Shown: positions 24,387-38,015, counted from the first letter of the stretch. The stretch is DNA of 64,000 bases from Octopus bimaculoides (GCF_001194135.2 NC_068987.1:55915067-55979066), one strand, 5' to 3'. Program-made: numbers and translations. The notes: generated by a model from the letters alone, not told the origin.

Positions 24387-26846
24387 AAACGAAGTTCTTT
24401 TTTAATCTAAAATATACTCTCCTTCGTTTTCTATTAGATTGCCAACTAAGTTCCCGCCGTTTTTTTTAAATTGAAATTTTTTACAATGTTTAATAAAAGA
24501 TAACAACTAATTCATCAATAATGTACTCACCCTTGTTGTTTACAACTTCTTCCCAACGTTCAACAAGATTTTCAATACCTCGTTGGTAGAAATCACCCGA
24601 TTTCGACTCGAAAAATTAATCCAACCAAGCTCTCAATTCTGCATCAGTATTGAACGAAACTCCGCGCATACCATTTGAAAAAGATCGAAAGAGGTGAAAA
24701 TCTGTTGGTGCCAAATCAGGAGAGTACGGGCGGTGTGGAAGCACTTCCCAGCCATGCGTTTGAATGGCTTCCTTGGTCATATTGGCGATATGCGGGCGGG
24801 CGTTGTAGTGCAGCAGAAGAACTCCATGCTGCCGATTAAGTCTTTTCTCTTGAATAGCCGTGTGGAGTCTTTCCATCTGTTGAACATAGAGTTCCGCGTT
24901 GATCGTTTGGTTCCATTCAAGCAATTCGTAATGGATAATCCCTTCCCAGTCCCACCATACGCACAACATCGTTTTACGCGGATGAAGCACTTGTTTCATG
25001 CGCGGTGTCGCTTGTTTACCGGGGCTAAGCCATTCCTTACGCTGCTTCATATTGATGTACAGGCACCATTTTCCGTCGCCAGTAACGATTTGGTACATAA
25101 ATCGTTGTTTGTGCCCATGAGTTGAGTGGTGACGTGCAAGCAAACAAGCAGAGATTGTGGCTCGTTGATTTTTGTTGTTGTCACTTTAAGCAAGCGAAAC
25201 CCACGCTCCATACTTCTGAAACTTTCCCATCGAGTGAAGATGCTTCTCTATAGTAGTGTGGGAGCATTCCATTTTCTCTGCCACTTCCCTTGTCGTTTGA
25301 CGAGAATTTTCTTGCAAAAGTTGGTTTAACCGCTCTTCATCGAACTTTGCGTGTTTGAGGTCAAAATTTCCATTTTTGAACTTGGCATACCAATCACAAA
25401 CGGTTCTTTTAGCTATGGCAAGCTCTCCATACACAACACAAATATCGCGAGCAGCATTTGCAGCCCTAAAACCTTGATTAAAATCAAAAAGGAGGAGGTG
25501 TCAAAAATGCTCGTTTTTCTTAACTTGACATTCCATTTTAATGATCTGAAAATAAACAAAAATTAACTAAAATTAACTAGAAAAAAAACTAACAAAATAG
25601 ATTCCAAAATGATTCAAAAATAGAATTCTCGAAAAAAAGATTCCAAAATTTAAAAACGCAATAAATTCCAAAATTTAGAAAAACGGCGGGAACTTAGTTA
25701 CCAACACAATACATCTATCTGGTAGAGTTGTAAGGCCCTTCTTCACTTGTCCGTGACGAAAAATGCTCGTCCAGTAATGTTCTGACCTCGTCTACAGAAT
25801 TCATTTTTTTCCGTCCAAATGATTTTGAAGACTGCGGAATATATGATAAACAGATAGGGCAATGTCCGGCGAATATGGTGGGTGGGGCATTATTTACCAT
25901 TCAAACTGCTTCAGCTTTTGGAATGTCACCCTCGCTGTATGTGGCCGAGCATTTTCCTGATGGAAGAACACCTTTCATCTTAAAACCAAAGATGGTCCTT
26001 TTTCTTTTAGCGCTGACTTGCGCCGCTCAAGCTCTTCGCAGTAGTTCTCTTTTCTTAATGTTTGGTTCGAGTTTAAAAGTTCAAAGTGGACTAAACCTTT
26101 CATATCCCACCAAACAGATAACAAGACCTTACGTACGTGAAGACCTTCTTTAGCCTGGAGTGCCGGTGTTACTCTTTTCCCTACCCACTATTTTCGGCGC
26201 TTGACATTTTTATAGAGAACCCATTTCTCGTCACCAGTCACTATTCGGTCCAAAAAACGGTTCGTTCGTGAGACGTGATAGCAAAGCGATTAGACTCGAA
26301 ATGTTTGTGAGGAACGCTTTGACTTAATCTTCTGACTCTTCCGATGGCATGCAGGTGTCGATGAATAGTTGAATGACCAAATCCAAGCTTCCCCGCAAGT
26401 TCTTCAACATTTACGATGGGATTTTATTCCACCAGGGTTTTCAGGACGTCCTCGTCGAGCTCTATAGATTTTCCAAGACGAGGTTCATCATCTAGGCTGT
26501 AGTTTCCGGTTCGGAATTTCTGGAATCACTGTTGACACTGGCTTATGCTTATTGTCCGATCCCCAGATACTGCATTAATATTCCTCTCACTCACACTTGC
26601 GTTGTTGCCTTTATTGAACTCATAAAGAAAAATATGCCGAATATGCTCCTTTGTTACTTCCATTATAGCTTTGAAAAAATAACTGTTAAAATCCAACTGC
26701 ACTCTTCAAAACTTGCACCAAGAATAAAACTAAGGAAAAATTACTACCTGCTTTTATAGGAAGTTGATGCAGGTAGTTTACCCTGTGCCCCTCCGACTTT
26801 TAGTTCATACAATTGAAAAAGCAGCACTATTTATGGGATGACTCCA
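24387..26846 (-). mobile_element. Outer mariner (D,D34D-type) element, decayed and interrupted by a second mariner
   Basis: EVTKEHIRHIFLYEFNKG, RIVTGDEKWVL, VWWDMKG, HQENARPH, YSPDIALSDYHIF at 25730-26690; C-terminal ENEGEYILD* at 24405-24433; 5' TIR-like end near 26846; other TIR falls in the gap. Confidence 0.85.
24434..25709 (-). mobile_element. Full-length (1276 bp) inner mariner element with non-functional transposase
   Basis: TIRs TTAGATTGCCAACTAAGTTCCCGCCGTTT / AAACGGCGGGAACTTAGTTACCAACACAA, flanking TA; IVTGDGKW, LLHYNARPH (catalytic D to Y), YSPDLAPTDFHLF; frameshifted. Confidence 0.92.
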
Positions 26847-29741
26847 TATATATATATACGGAAGTCTTCTTTCAATTCCTGTCTAACAAATCTACTCATG
26901 CAGTGAGACTGAACCCAGATCTTTGTGATTGGGGGGCAAAATTCTTACTATACACCTACACCTGTGACCTTGTTTCATATGTCTTTTTCATCAATTTCAC
27001 GTTAATCTAATGATTGACAAAAACTGGGAACGTGTATCATATATAACCCATGCATGCCAAGGAAATATGTCTTGTGTATCGCATGTGTGATACAGGACAG
27101 GCAAATAGTTAACCACGCAGTATTTACAGTGGATAATATTTAAAAACAGTCATACCAGCCTTCACGGAAAAGTGTAGATTTCATTTTCAACCACTTAATG
27201 AACGAAGGCATGTAAATTTTACGTGCAGAAGGGTTAGCTAAAACGCCTAGAATTCTACTTGTTTGGCAAGTGAGATTGTGTGTTGAAACTGAAATAACTG
27301 CATTGTGAATTATCGCTTATAGCCATTTCAAAACATACAAAACTGTCACATTCACTTTCCGTTCATTTCTTTTGGTTTAAATCTTTTGTGATGCATTTTG
27401 TGACCTGGTCTTTGATGCGATCTCAAATCGGTTATTGATGAGTTTTTAAAAGTCTTGAGTTATTTTCTTTACTTATCAACTTCGTTTCATCTTTTGGAGC
27501 TTATAGGTCTCTAGTATTATTGCTGTTTGACCTTTTTAAATATGAACAACTGTTAGTCACTTTTACATTCTGTTTTGATTCTTCTCGCTTTTTCTTTCTT
27601 TCTCTTCCTTCTTTTCTTTCTGTCTTTCTGTCTTTCTCTCTTATTCTTTATTTTTCTTTCTGCATTTTATATTTGTGCTGCTCTTTATAATGCCATTGGT
27701 AATTAGGTAATGTCGTAGACAAGAACGACTTTAGAAATAAATATGCATTTATACAAATAAACATGCATTTATCATATTTACAGTTTATATATTGCATGTG
27801 TACAAAGTGTATTTGTATTACACTGAAGAACATTTATGCAAGGATGTATGTAATGCTTAAAGATTCACAATATGAAAGATAAAGAGAATGTTTTAGTTAA
27901 ATATGTTATGCCACATATATGCACTATTACTATAAGAACAAGAGAAAAATAGAGCAGGTATTTAGATACAGTGGTAGATGTATGTATATCATTAAAAGAC
28001 AAGAATAACTCATCATTGTCGAACAAGTATTTCAAACAGATGAGAGCACATCTTGCGGAACAAGATTACATGGTTCCATGTGGATTCTGAGTTGACTCTG
28101 GTGCGGTGTCCAAATCGTCAATTTTTATAACACTGAGCAAAACTTTCTAAAGCCTTCGAATTACAATTTGACAGAAAGCTTACCTAAGATTTCTTTTATG
28201 TTCACCAACGATAATTGATAGACGCCAGCCGATACCGATTGACTTGTAAACATTTACGTGGGTGCTCAGTTCTCTCAAGAAGCCGGTCACGTCTTTTAAG
28301 GTGATATGATTAGGCGGTGACTCATTGCTCGAAATCTAAGCGATGTAGTTTGAAACTGGCTGAAGCGTCGCTACATGTTCAATTCTTAGTACATTATTTT
28401 CTCTTTCCTTGTGGGCCTGGATTTGAATGTATAGAAATACTAAACATTATTTATAAATATTAAAAGGCAGATAACTAGCAGAATCATTAGAGAATGAGCA
28501 AAATGGCTTAGGGTTATTTCTTCTGGCTTTTAACATTCTGAGCTTAAATCCAGTTGAAGTTAACTTCGCATTTTATCCTTCCAAATTCGATAAAATATGG
28601 CCTAACCGAAACAAGTAAAAGATAAAAGATACAGATACCCTCATCAGGTTAATTGCACCTACCAAAGGTGGAAATTTACTGCTTCTAGTGTGTTACAGTA
28701 TTTATTTATTTATTTATTTATTTATTTATTTGGATAATGATTTTCTAAAAAACATTTAAATTGATATGAAAATTTGAAAAGCGTATTTTGTGAAATAGTA
28801 CTTTGTTTTTTATTCTACCAGCTCGGATTTAACCCTCTGTATTGTATACTTCTTAGTTACTGTGTTGCTAATTAAATAAGCCAATTTAGAAGACTGTATT
28901 TGGTTCGGGTATCTGTTCATAATTAGTTTTTAAGTTAAATGCTTATGTGCTTTTTTTATGCCACCGAAATCAACTTTCCCTTTCATCTTTTGGGGTTAGA
29001 TAAAATATAGTATCAATTAATTACTGGGTTCGACGTCATCGGTTAACAAACATCACTCTTCAAAATTGCAGGTTTTGTGCCTATACCTTTTTTTTTTTTG
29101 TTTGGAACGGTGAAACTTGAAGAAGATAACGCTATAAATCATAGCATGAAAAAGTTGAAGGCCACTCGTGAGGCAGAGAAATTCAAAGCATTGCTTTGGT
29201 CCAAAGGCAGAACGCCTCCCATGTTTACAGAAGATGTGGATTCGTGTCTCCGGGGGAACCTTTAATTTTTTTCTATCCAAAAGGGTTTTTAACCCAATAT
29301 TTACACGTTATGATTTATAGAGCTATCTGCTTTTAGTTTCACCGTTTCAAAACAGAAGTGTACGTTGTCTCGATATTTATCANNNNNNNNNNNNNNNNNN
29401 NNNNNNNNNNNNNNNNNNNNNNNNNNNNNNNNNNNNNNNNNNNNNNNNNNNNNNNNNNNNNNNNNNNNNNNNNNNNNNNNNNNNNNNNNNNNNNNNNNNN
29501 NNNNNNNNNNNNNNNNNNNNNNNNNNNNNNNNNNNNNNNNNNNNNNNNNNNNNNNNNNNNNNNNNNNNNNNNNNNNNNNNNNNNNNNNNNNNNNNNNNNN
29601 NNNNNNNNNNNNNNNNNNNNNNNNNNNNNNNNNNNNNNNNNNNNNNNNNNNNNNNNNNNNNNNNNNNNNNNNNNNNNNNNNNNNNNNNNNNNNNNNNNNN
29701 NNNNNNNNNNNNNNNNNNNNNNNNNNNNNNNNNNNNNNNNN

Positions 29742-29812
<71 letters not shown>

Positions 29813-30392
29813 CTATTTATGTTTAAACGTTAATAATGTATTAGACATGTCTAAGTCAATGTATATTCAAGTATCTTGAAATATGGCATCTTGAATCATA
29901 GTTTGTTTCTCGAATCAGTCTTAATAACTGTCATAGTTATTACCTTCCATTTTACTATTACACAATCAAAAACATCATGTATATACGTGTATCTATGTCA
30001 GTATATGTGCTTGTGTATATCTGTCTTTAATGGATTTTACCAATTATATATTCATGTCTTTATGGAAATGAAACTGTGCTATGAGCCACGGAAACTGTTT
30101 GTGTTTGTGTATTATATAGGGCTTAATCAAAATTCATTTACATACGTATGTGCTAAGTGCATGTGTATAAAACAGTGAGCATGCTATACAAAGATGAAGT
30201 GTATTTGTATATGTGAAATAGATATGTGAAAAAGAATATTATAAGATAGTGTATAGTTATTATGTGAGCATTTAAATAATACAATGGCATGCATGCTAGT
30301 TTGCTCCTCGTTGAGAGAGAGAGCAAGAGACAGACAAAGTGAGCGTTTGAAAATATCTGTTCGTGCATGTCTGTGCATGAGGTTATGTTTGA

Positions 30393-30444
<52 letters not shown>

Positions 30445-32250
30445 NNNNNNNNNNNNNNNNNNNNNNNNNNNNNNNNNNNNNNNNNNNNNNNNNNNNNNNN
30501 NNNNNNNNNNNNNNNNNNNNNNNNNNNNNNNNNNNNNNNNNNNNNNNNNNNNNNNNNNNNNNNNNNNNNNNNNNNNNNNNNNNNNNNNNNNNNNNNNNNN
30601 NNNNNNNNNNNNNNNNNNNNNNNNNNNNNNNNNNNNNNNNNNNNNNNNNNNNNNNNNNNNNNNNNNNNNNNNNNNNNNNNNNNNNNNNNNNNNNNNNNNN
30701 NNNNNNNNNNNNNNNNNNNNNNNNNNNNNNNNNNNNNNNNNNNNNNNNNNNNNNNNNNNNNNNNNNNNNNNNNNNNNNNNNNNNNNNNNNNNNNNNNNNN
30801 NNNNNNNNNNNNNNNNNNNNNNNNNNNNNNNNNNNNNNNNNNNNNNNNNNNNNNNNNNNNNNNNNNNNNNNNNNNNNNNNNNNNNNNNNNNNNNNNNNNN
30901 NNNNNNNNNNNNNNNNNNNNNNNNNNNNNNNNNNNNNNNNNNNNNNNNNNNNNNNNNNNNNNNNNNNNNNNNNNNNNNNNNNNNNNNNNNNNNNNNNNNN
31001 NNNNNNNNNNNNNNNNNNNNNNNNNNNNNNNNNNNNNNNNNNNNNNNNNNNNNNNNNNNNNNNNNNNNNNNNNNNNNNNNNNNNNNNNNNNNNNNNNNNN
31101 NNNNNNNNNNNNNNNNNNNNNNNNNNNNNNNNNNNNNNNNNNNNNNNNNNNNNNNNNNNNNNNNNNNNNNNNNNNNNNNNNNNNNNNNNNNNNNNNNNNN
31201 NNNNNNNNNNNNNNNNNNNNNNNNNNNNNNNNNNNNNNNNNNNNNNNNNNNNNNNNNNNNNNNNNNNNNNNNNNNNNNNNNNATATATATACATACACAT
31301 ATATATATTTACACATACATACCTACAGAAACACACGTACATGCATATACACAAGTGTATACTTATATACACTCAATTATTGTTATAAGTGCGTGTCTAT
31401 GTGCGCTTGTTTTATTTAAAAATACACAAACACAAATGTAATAAAAAAAAATTCGCGCACATGTTGATTACTTGTTTATATTTTCGATAATATATGTCCT
31501 GATGATCATTATCAGGATTGTTATCGTACTTTAGTTGTTATAACAAAGATGAAGGTAAGTTGCATGTTATGTATTTTGCCCTGGGGCCACGGACTCTCCT
31601 GCATCTGAACTTTTAGACTTCATTCATTTACTAATTGTGTTTTCAAAAACACACAATTGACTAATTGATTTTCGCTGGAGGTTCTATATTCATATGAACA
31701 TAGAATGGTAAAGGTTTGAAACTATAAACTACATACATATATAAACACATGTAAGCACAAGCACACATACACACACATACACACGTTCGTATATACACGT
31801 ATACGCACACATTCACACACAAGTACAATCATCTTATTTTATATTCGTGTGTGAGTATGCGTATTAGTTTCAGCTGATATTTGCATTAATGTATGATAGT
31901 ATATATATATATATATNNNNNNNNNNNNNNNNNNNNNNNNNNNNNNNNNNNNNNNNNNNNNNNNNNNNNNNNNNNNNNNNNNNNNNNNNNNNNNNNNNNN
32001 NNNNNNNNNNNNNNNNNNNNNNNNNNNNNNNNNNNNNNNNNNNNNNNNNNNNNNNNNNNNNNNNNNNNNNNNNNNNNNNNNNNNNNNNNNNNNNNNNNNN
32101 NNNNNNNNNNNNNNNNNNNNNNNNNNNNNNNNNNNNNNNNNNNNNNNNNNNNNNNNNNNNNNNNNNNNNNNNNNNNNNNNNNNNNNNNNNNNNNNNNNNN
32201 NNNNNNNNNNNNNNNNNNNNNNNNNNNNNNNNNNNNNNNNNNNTATATAC

Positions 32251-32286
<36 letters not shown>

Positions 32287-33688
32287 ACCTATATGTATAT
32301 ACTATTGTTAATGTTTTGTCATTAAAATTTATCAACAATGCTTAATAAATGTTGAAATCGAAGTTTTAAGTGTTTACTTATGCTTATGTACTATATGCCA
32401 CAGGTGCAAACAAATATATTGAGAAACCGACAATGTTACGCGGTTTCAATCTTCGTTTTCACTTATTTCATTTTACCTATCACATTTACAATAACTTTCG
32501 GATAGATATGTATGATACGCATGGGATGTTTGCTTCTCTCAAAATACTGGACCAGGCAACGAGCAATCGAAGGACCCTTTACCTCAATGATGGGCAAATA
32601 CCCCGGAATTTTCTAAACATAAAAATTGCCTCGAAGTTTTTAGAAGTGCAGTCTGCCTGATGACAAGTCCTAATTCATACGGACCGCTTCTCGAAGATAT
32701 TGCCCATGCCTGCTCTACATGGCCTCAAGGCCTACCAGAAATTGTTGCTTGATCTTCTTCAAGGCACCTTATATTGTACTCTTTCTGAATAAGAAATGAG
32801 AAGCCATCGCTAAAACATTTTTGTCCACAGACCTGCTCGACCATGGTTGATATAAAACTACATCAATGTAGAGTCAAATTATAGAGCAATATTACGGTTG
32901 CCATATGTTGGTGAGTAAATCTTAATCGATCAGTTGCCATATGTTGGTGAGTAAATCTTAATCAATCAATATGTTAAAGTGCATTTAAGAAAACTTGTAA
33001 GTAGAAATTAGGCAATTTCGGGTCGGTCAACAATACTCTAACGTATTGGTAGAACACTTAGGTTAAGAGAAGAATTTAACTGTTAATACCTAAAGCAATT
33101 CTTGTTGCTGATGCCGTTGTCCTCTTGTTGTTTAAATCTAAGTCAACCTATTGAGTGAACCTATGATCAAAGGTGTTTCAGCCTTGACCATTCCGCCATT
33201 TTGTATATCTAGAACTATATTGTCCAATGTGTACTTCCATTTTTAAGACGGTTGAGTACGATTTGATAGCATGTGAATGCTATTTGTAGCAGGTAAAGTA
33301 AAGGTGACGAGATAAACGTTTCTCCGCTAATGTAGCGAACAGCCAAGAATGTCGCGAATATCCTATTAATTTTGTGACTATTAAATTAATATGTATGCTT
33401 GCACGTATGTTTGTATAGTTATATGCATGTATATAAATGTGTGGCACTCAGTCTAGTTGTCTTATATTAAAGGTGCTATACAATTGGAAATAGATAAACC
33501 TTCGTTAAGGAAAAACAAGCTTATGTTTTGTTTTCATAGAATATATTGATGTGACCTGTAGAGCTTTGGCGGAAGCTCAAATTTCAGACCGCACTTTGAC
33601 AGGGACACACTTTGGTTTTAGGATTACCAAGATTGCAATTATCGTTGACATCATTTAATTAAATTAGCTACTTCATACATAAAGAGTG

Positions 33689-34068
33689 TTGGCCCTCCGT
33701 TGCTTACGACGTCGAGGGTTCCAGTTGATCCGATCAACGGAACAGCCTGCTCGTGAAATTAACGTGCAAGTGGCTGAGCACTCCACATACACGTGTACCC
33801 TTAATGTAGTTCTTGGGGATATTCAGCGTGACACAGTGTGACAAGGCTGACTCTTTGAATTACAGGCACAACAGAAACAGGAAGTAAGAGTGAGAGAAAG
33901 TTGTGGTGAAAGAGTACAGCAAGGTTCGCCACCATCCCCTGCCGGAGCCTCGTGGAACTTTAGGTGTTTTCGCTCAATGAACACTAACAACGCCCGGTCT
34001 GGGAATCGAAACCGCGATCCTATGACCGCGAGTCCGCTACCCTAACCACTGGGCCATTGCGCCTCCAC
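33689..34068 (-). mobile_element. Full-length tRNA-derived SINE with 12 bp TSD
   Basis: Head GGAGGCGCAATGGCCCAGTGG (A box)...GGTTTCGATTCCC (B box); ACATAAAGAGTG at 33677-33688 and 34069-34080. Confidence 0.9.
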
Positions 34069-34258
34069 ACATAAAGAGTGACGGAAGTATTATCATACAT
34101 ATTAAGCGAGTCTTTTACAATTCTAAGGAAAGAATCAAGTGCATCGATATAATAACGTAATACCCTGTGTATAATTGAGCCTAGAGTCAGTCATCGTCTG
34201 GATGGGGTTTTTTTCTGATTCATTTAAAACATGGAAACGAATCCAGCAAGTAACTTAC

Positions 34259-34310
34259 GAAGGTATCTTTAACATGGCAAGCTCCCAAACTTCAGCAGTA
34301 AGAGTAGAAT
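34259..34310 (-). CDS. Candidate 52 nt internal exon (xSTLTAEVWELAMLKIPS), unknown protein
   Basis: TTTTTCTTTCATTGTTAG| acceptor and |GTAAGT donor; only one open frame, phase-compatible with 42222-42310. Confidence 0.4.
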
Positions 34311-35639
34311 CTAACAATGAAAGAAAAATTTCCTAATAAGTGAAGAAAACGATGTTAAAAATTACAAGCGTTTCGCTGACTTATAACTACAAAGAAACTG
34401 ATTACTTTCGTAGAAGTAAATGACTTACTGAATGATTCACTCAATATAGATTCCGTTCAAATAGAAGCTGCCTCACAAAGCAACTGCTGCATGACTACTG
34501 GGTGTTATAAAGAAAGTGCTCAATCAGTTATAACGTAAATGTGATAGACCCGGGTATGGCAAAAGTTTTCAATAAATCTGCTAATGGCCTAATGGTATAA
34601 GATATGTTTCCTCTGCAGAGCTTGAAAATTAGGAATCAGGCTGCATGAGTTTTCATTTAACAGAAGTCATATTGTTGTTGTTGTTTTTGTTGTTGTTGTT
34701 TATGTTGGTGGTGGTGGTGGTGGTGGTTTTGGTGGTGGTGGTGGTGGTGGTGGTTTTGGTGGTGGTGGTGGTGGTTCAAACTTTTCGTTCTTGACTTTTT
34801 CTTTCCTACTTGTATGCCAAGGACTACATTCACTAATGTATCCATCTTCATGAAGACGTTTAGAATAGTATTTCTAGCAAGTTCATAATTGTATAGAGGC
34901 TCCTTGTTGCAGCTAACGATACTTTAAAAATTGTTAACATTCTAGAAGAGAGTATCTCAAGGATCTTTCCGGCCTATTATTATTTGAAATGTTTTTGCAG
35001 ACACCATCAGTCAACATAGCAGGCTTCTTTAATAGCGATGCTGGCGATAACCAAAGTATCGATGGTAGCCAAAGAAACTAACTCTGTTAAAACACTACTA
35101 AAGAGCTTCAGTTTACTATACATATTGACTTATGAAAGCCTCATATCATCTAACACTAAATATTCGCACTCTTCTATGAGCCTTCAAACTATTGTAATGT
35201 GATTACGCAAGTCCAGAAAAGAAAGCATTCTTAGAGACAGAGTATATACGACTGGAATGAATATAAAATTATCTGTAAATCCGTATCATTTTCAAAGTAT
35301 ATTACTTTTACGGTGACAACGTGAGAGGAGTGGTATACGAGACCAATTAGTCATACCGATTCTGTAGAGAACATTTATTCGCATTCACATATGTCATGTT
35401 ATGAGCTCTTCATAGTGTCAAGCTTAATACTGTATTGGAGACAATGTCCATAGAATAAGAGAACACCAAGCTATCCATTTCACTTAATTACTCGACTGTT
35501 GTGATGATCAATCTTAGCATAGAAATTATTAGATCCCTGTTTATTTTAATTTTCCACCGCTACCTTATCTATGCAAATATGATTGCTTCTAACCAGTAAC
35601 CGAACAAAGAGAAGTCGCTGAAAATTCTAGTGTTTTATT

Positions 35640-35960
35640 TCTTGAAGTGAAGATGGGAGAGATACGTAGTCATTTATATTTGGAAGACTTTGGAAGGACA
35701 GGCGCCATACTTTGGCATTAAAAACTGGGTAAAACGTAAATCCCGTCACTGCATAACGTCAAACATTCAACCTCTTACCGTATTAGGACAAGATATTCCA
35801 TTACCTTTATCCAAAACATAAGAAATCGACGTGATGTAGATGTCAACCCATTGAAACATCACTTAGACGATCTACGAATTAACATCCAAGATGAACCTAC
35901 AACACAAGAGGAGATGCATATGTCGGTAACAGCCTTCAAAATTCATTAATCAACAGGTAG
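35640..35960 (+). mobile_element. Decayed CR1/L2-group LINE ORF2 C-terminus
   Basis: RYVVIYIWKTLEGQAPYFGI and LKHHLDDLRINIQDEP. Confidence 0.55.
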
Positions 35961-36199
35961 ATAATAACTGCAACAGTACTGAAATCGTACTCTATAAATA
36001 CCACCGCTCAATAACTAGAGTCAGGAAAAAAGTAAAAGTAAAATTAATGATATATTTAAATGTCTAAATATTATATAAATTGTGTTGAGCTTCTTGAATC
36101 TGTGATTATTTAGGAAGACAGCTACGATGCTCTTTTGCAATTGATTGTAATTTCTGCATTGATGATCTTGATGCTTCTCCTCACTTTCATGACATCATT

Positions 36200-36395
36200 T
36201 GCTCGCAGAATCGTTAGAACGTCGGATAAAATATTTAGCGGCATTTCTTCCGACGGATCTGTATTCAAATCCCGTTGATATCCAAATTGTCTTTCATCCT
36301 TTTGGGATCGATAACATAAAGTATCAGCCAAGTACTGGGATCGACGCAATTAGCTCCACTCAGAAGTGCTGGGCATTGTGCTAACATAAGAAAGA
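36200..36395 (+). mobile_element. SINE family A, diverged
   Basis: GCAGAATCGTTAGAACG...GTATTCAAATCCCG...CTGGGATCGACGCAAT. Confidence 0.6.
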
Positions 36396-36432
<37 letters not shown>

Positions 36433-36440
36433 TTATTATT

Positions 36441-36857
36441 GAGTGAGAGAGCAGTGCATGACATCAAATTGACACAGGGTTAAAATATACAAAGCTCATT
36501 ATACCCATCATGACTATCTGTCTTATAAGGGTACACCAGGCACATGCATCACAACCATATGTGCGCGACATGGTGATCTCATATCAAGATAAACAGCGCA
36601 TGATCTCACAGGTGGGGCCCAGTTAGAATTTTCTTCAGGTCGAGTAGCCCATCCCGCTCAAAAGATCCCTGAATAAGGTTTGTTTAAGGATGTTGAGCAA
36701 AACAGCCATGTTTCCAAAGGTGAATTATTCAAACCCCAAAGAATTCCTCTCAACACATGATGCTCCCCCACTACTTCTGCTCATGATCAGAGATGCACAT
36801 ATCGTCAGCCACCAAGGGACAAGCTCAACTGGTTAAGGTCAAACAACTGACAAGCAC
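36441..36857 (-). mobile_element. Dispersed retroposon-like repeat ending in (AAT)n; copy 1
   Basis: Aligns over ~240 bp with 38016-38260; abuts a (TAT)n array at 36395-36440. Confidence 0.6.
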
Positions 36858-37705
36858 NNNNNNNNNNNNNNNNNNNNNNNNNNNNNNNNNNNNNNNNNNN
36901 NNNNNNNNNNNNNNNNNNNNNNNNNNNNNNNNNNNNNNNNNNNNNNNNNNNNNNNNNNNNNNNNNNNNNNNNNNNNNNNNNNNNNNNNNNNNNNNNNNNN
37001 NNNNNNNNNNNNNNNNNNNNNNNNNNNNNNNNNNNNNNNNNNNNNNNNNNNNNNNNNNNNNNNNNNNNNNNNNNNNNNNNNNNNNNNNNNNNNNNNNNNN
37101 NNNNNNNNNNNNNNNNNNNNNNNNNNNNNNNNNNNNNNNNNNNNNNNNNNNNNNNNNNNNNNNNNNNNNNNNNNNNNNNNNNNNNNNNNNNNNNNNNNNN
37201 NNNNNNNNNNNNNNNNNNNNNNNNNNNNNNNNNNNNNNNNNNNNNNNNNNNNNNNNNNNNNNNNNNNNNNNNNNNNNNNNNNNNNNNNNNNNNNNNNNNN
37301 NNNNNNNNNNNNNNNNNNNNNNNNNNNNNNNNNNNNNNNNNNNNNNNNNNNNNNNNNNNNNNNNNNNNNNNNNNNNNNNNNNNNNNNNNNNNNNNNNNNN
37401 NNNNNNNNNNNNNNNNNNNNNNNNNNNNNNNNNNNNNNNNNNNNNNNNNNNNNNNNNNNNNNNNNNNNNNNNNNNNNNNNNNNNNNNNNNNNNNNNNNNN
37501 NNNNNNNNNNNNNNNNNNNNNNNNNNNNNNNNNNNNNNNNNNNNNNNNNNNNNNNNNNNNNNNNNNNNNNNNNNNNNNNNNNNNNNNNNNNNNNNNNNNN
37601 NNNNNNNNNNNNNNNNNNNNNNNNNNNNNNNNNNNNNNNNNNNNNNNNNNNNNNNNNNNNNNNNNNNNNNNNNNNNNNNNNNNNNNNNNNNNNNNNNNNN
37701 NNNNG

Positions 37706-37810
<105 letters not shown>

Positions 37811-37832
37811 TTTTTGTTACTTTTATTAAAGC

Positions 37833-38012
37833 AACAGGCTGGTAGAATCGGTAGCACACCAGAAAATATGCTTAGTAGCATTCCGTCCGTCTTTACAGTC
37901 TGAGTTCAAATTCCGCCGAACGACTTTGCCTTTTCATCTTTTAGGAGTCAATAAAGTAAATAGCCATGTAACATTGGGGTCGATGTAATCGACTAGTCCC
38001 CTTCCCCACAAA
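37833..38012 (+). mobile_element. SINE family A
   Basis: GGCTGGTAGAATCG...CTGAGTTCAAATTCCGCC...GGGGTCGATGTAATCGACT. Confidence 0.75.
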
Positions 38013-38015
38013 TTA

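Noticed and set aside
31516-31554. Plus-strand 39 nt exon candidate (DCYRTLVVITKMK) with a strong AAG|GTAAGT donor
   Set aside because: Weak acceptor, very short and no partner exons; within chance expectation.
32897-32968. 36 bp tandem duplication; similar small ones at ~22735 (14 bp) and ~38268
   Set aside because: Ordinary local slippage duplications.
34000-34065. tRNA gene
   Set aside because: It is the tRNA-derived head of a SINE with a TSD; no complete acceptor stem or terminator.
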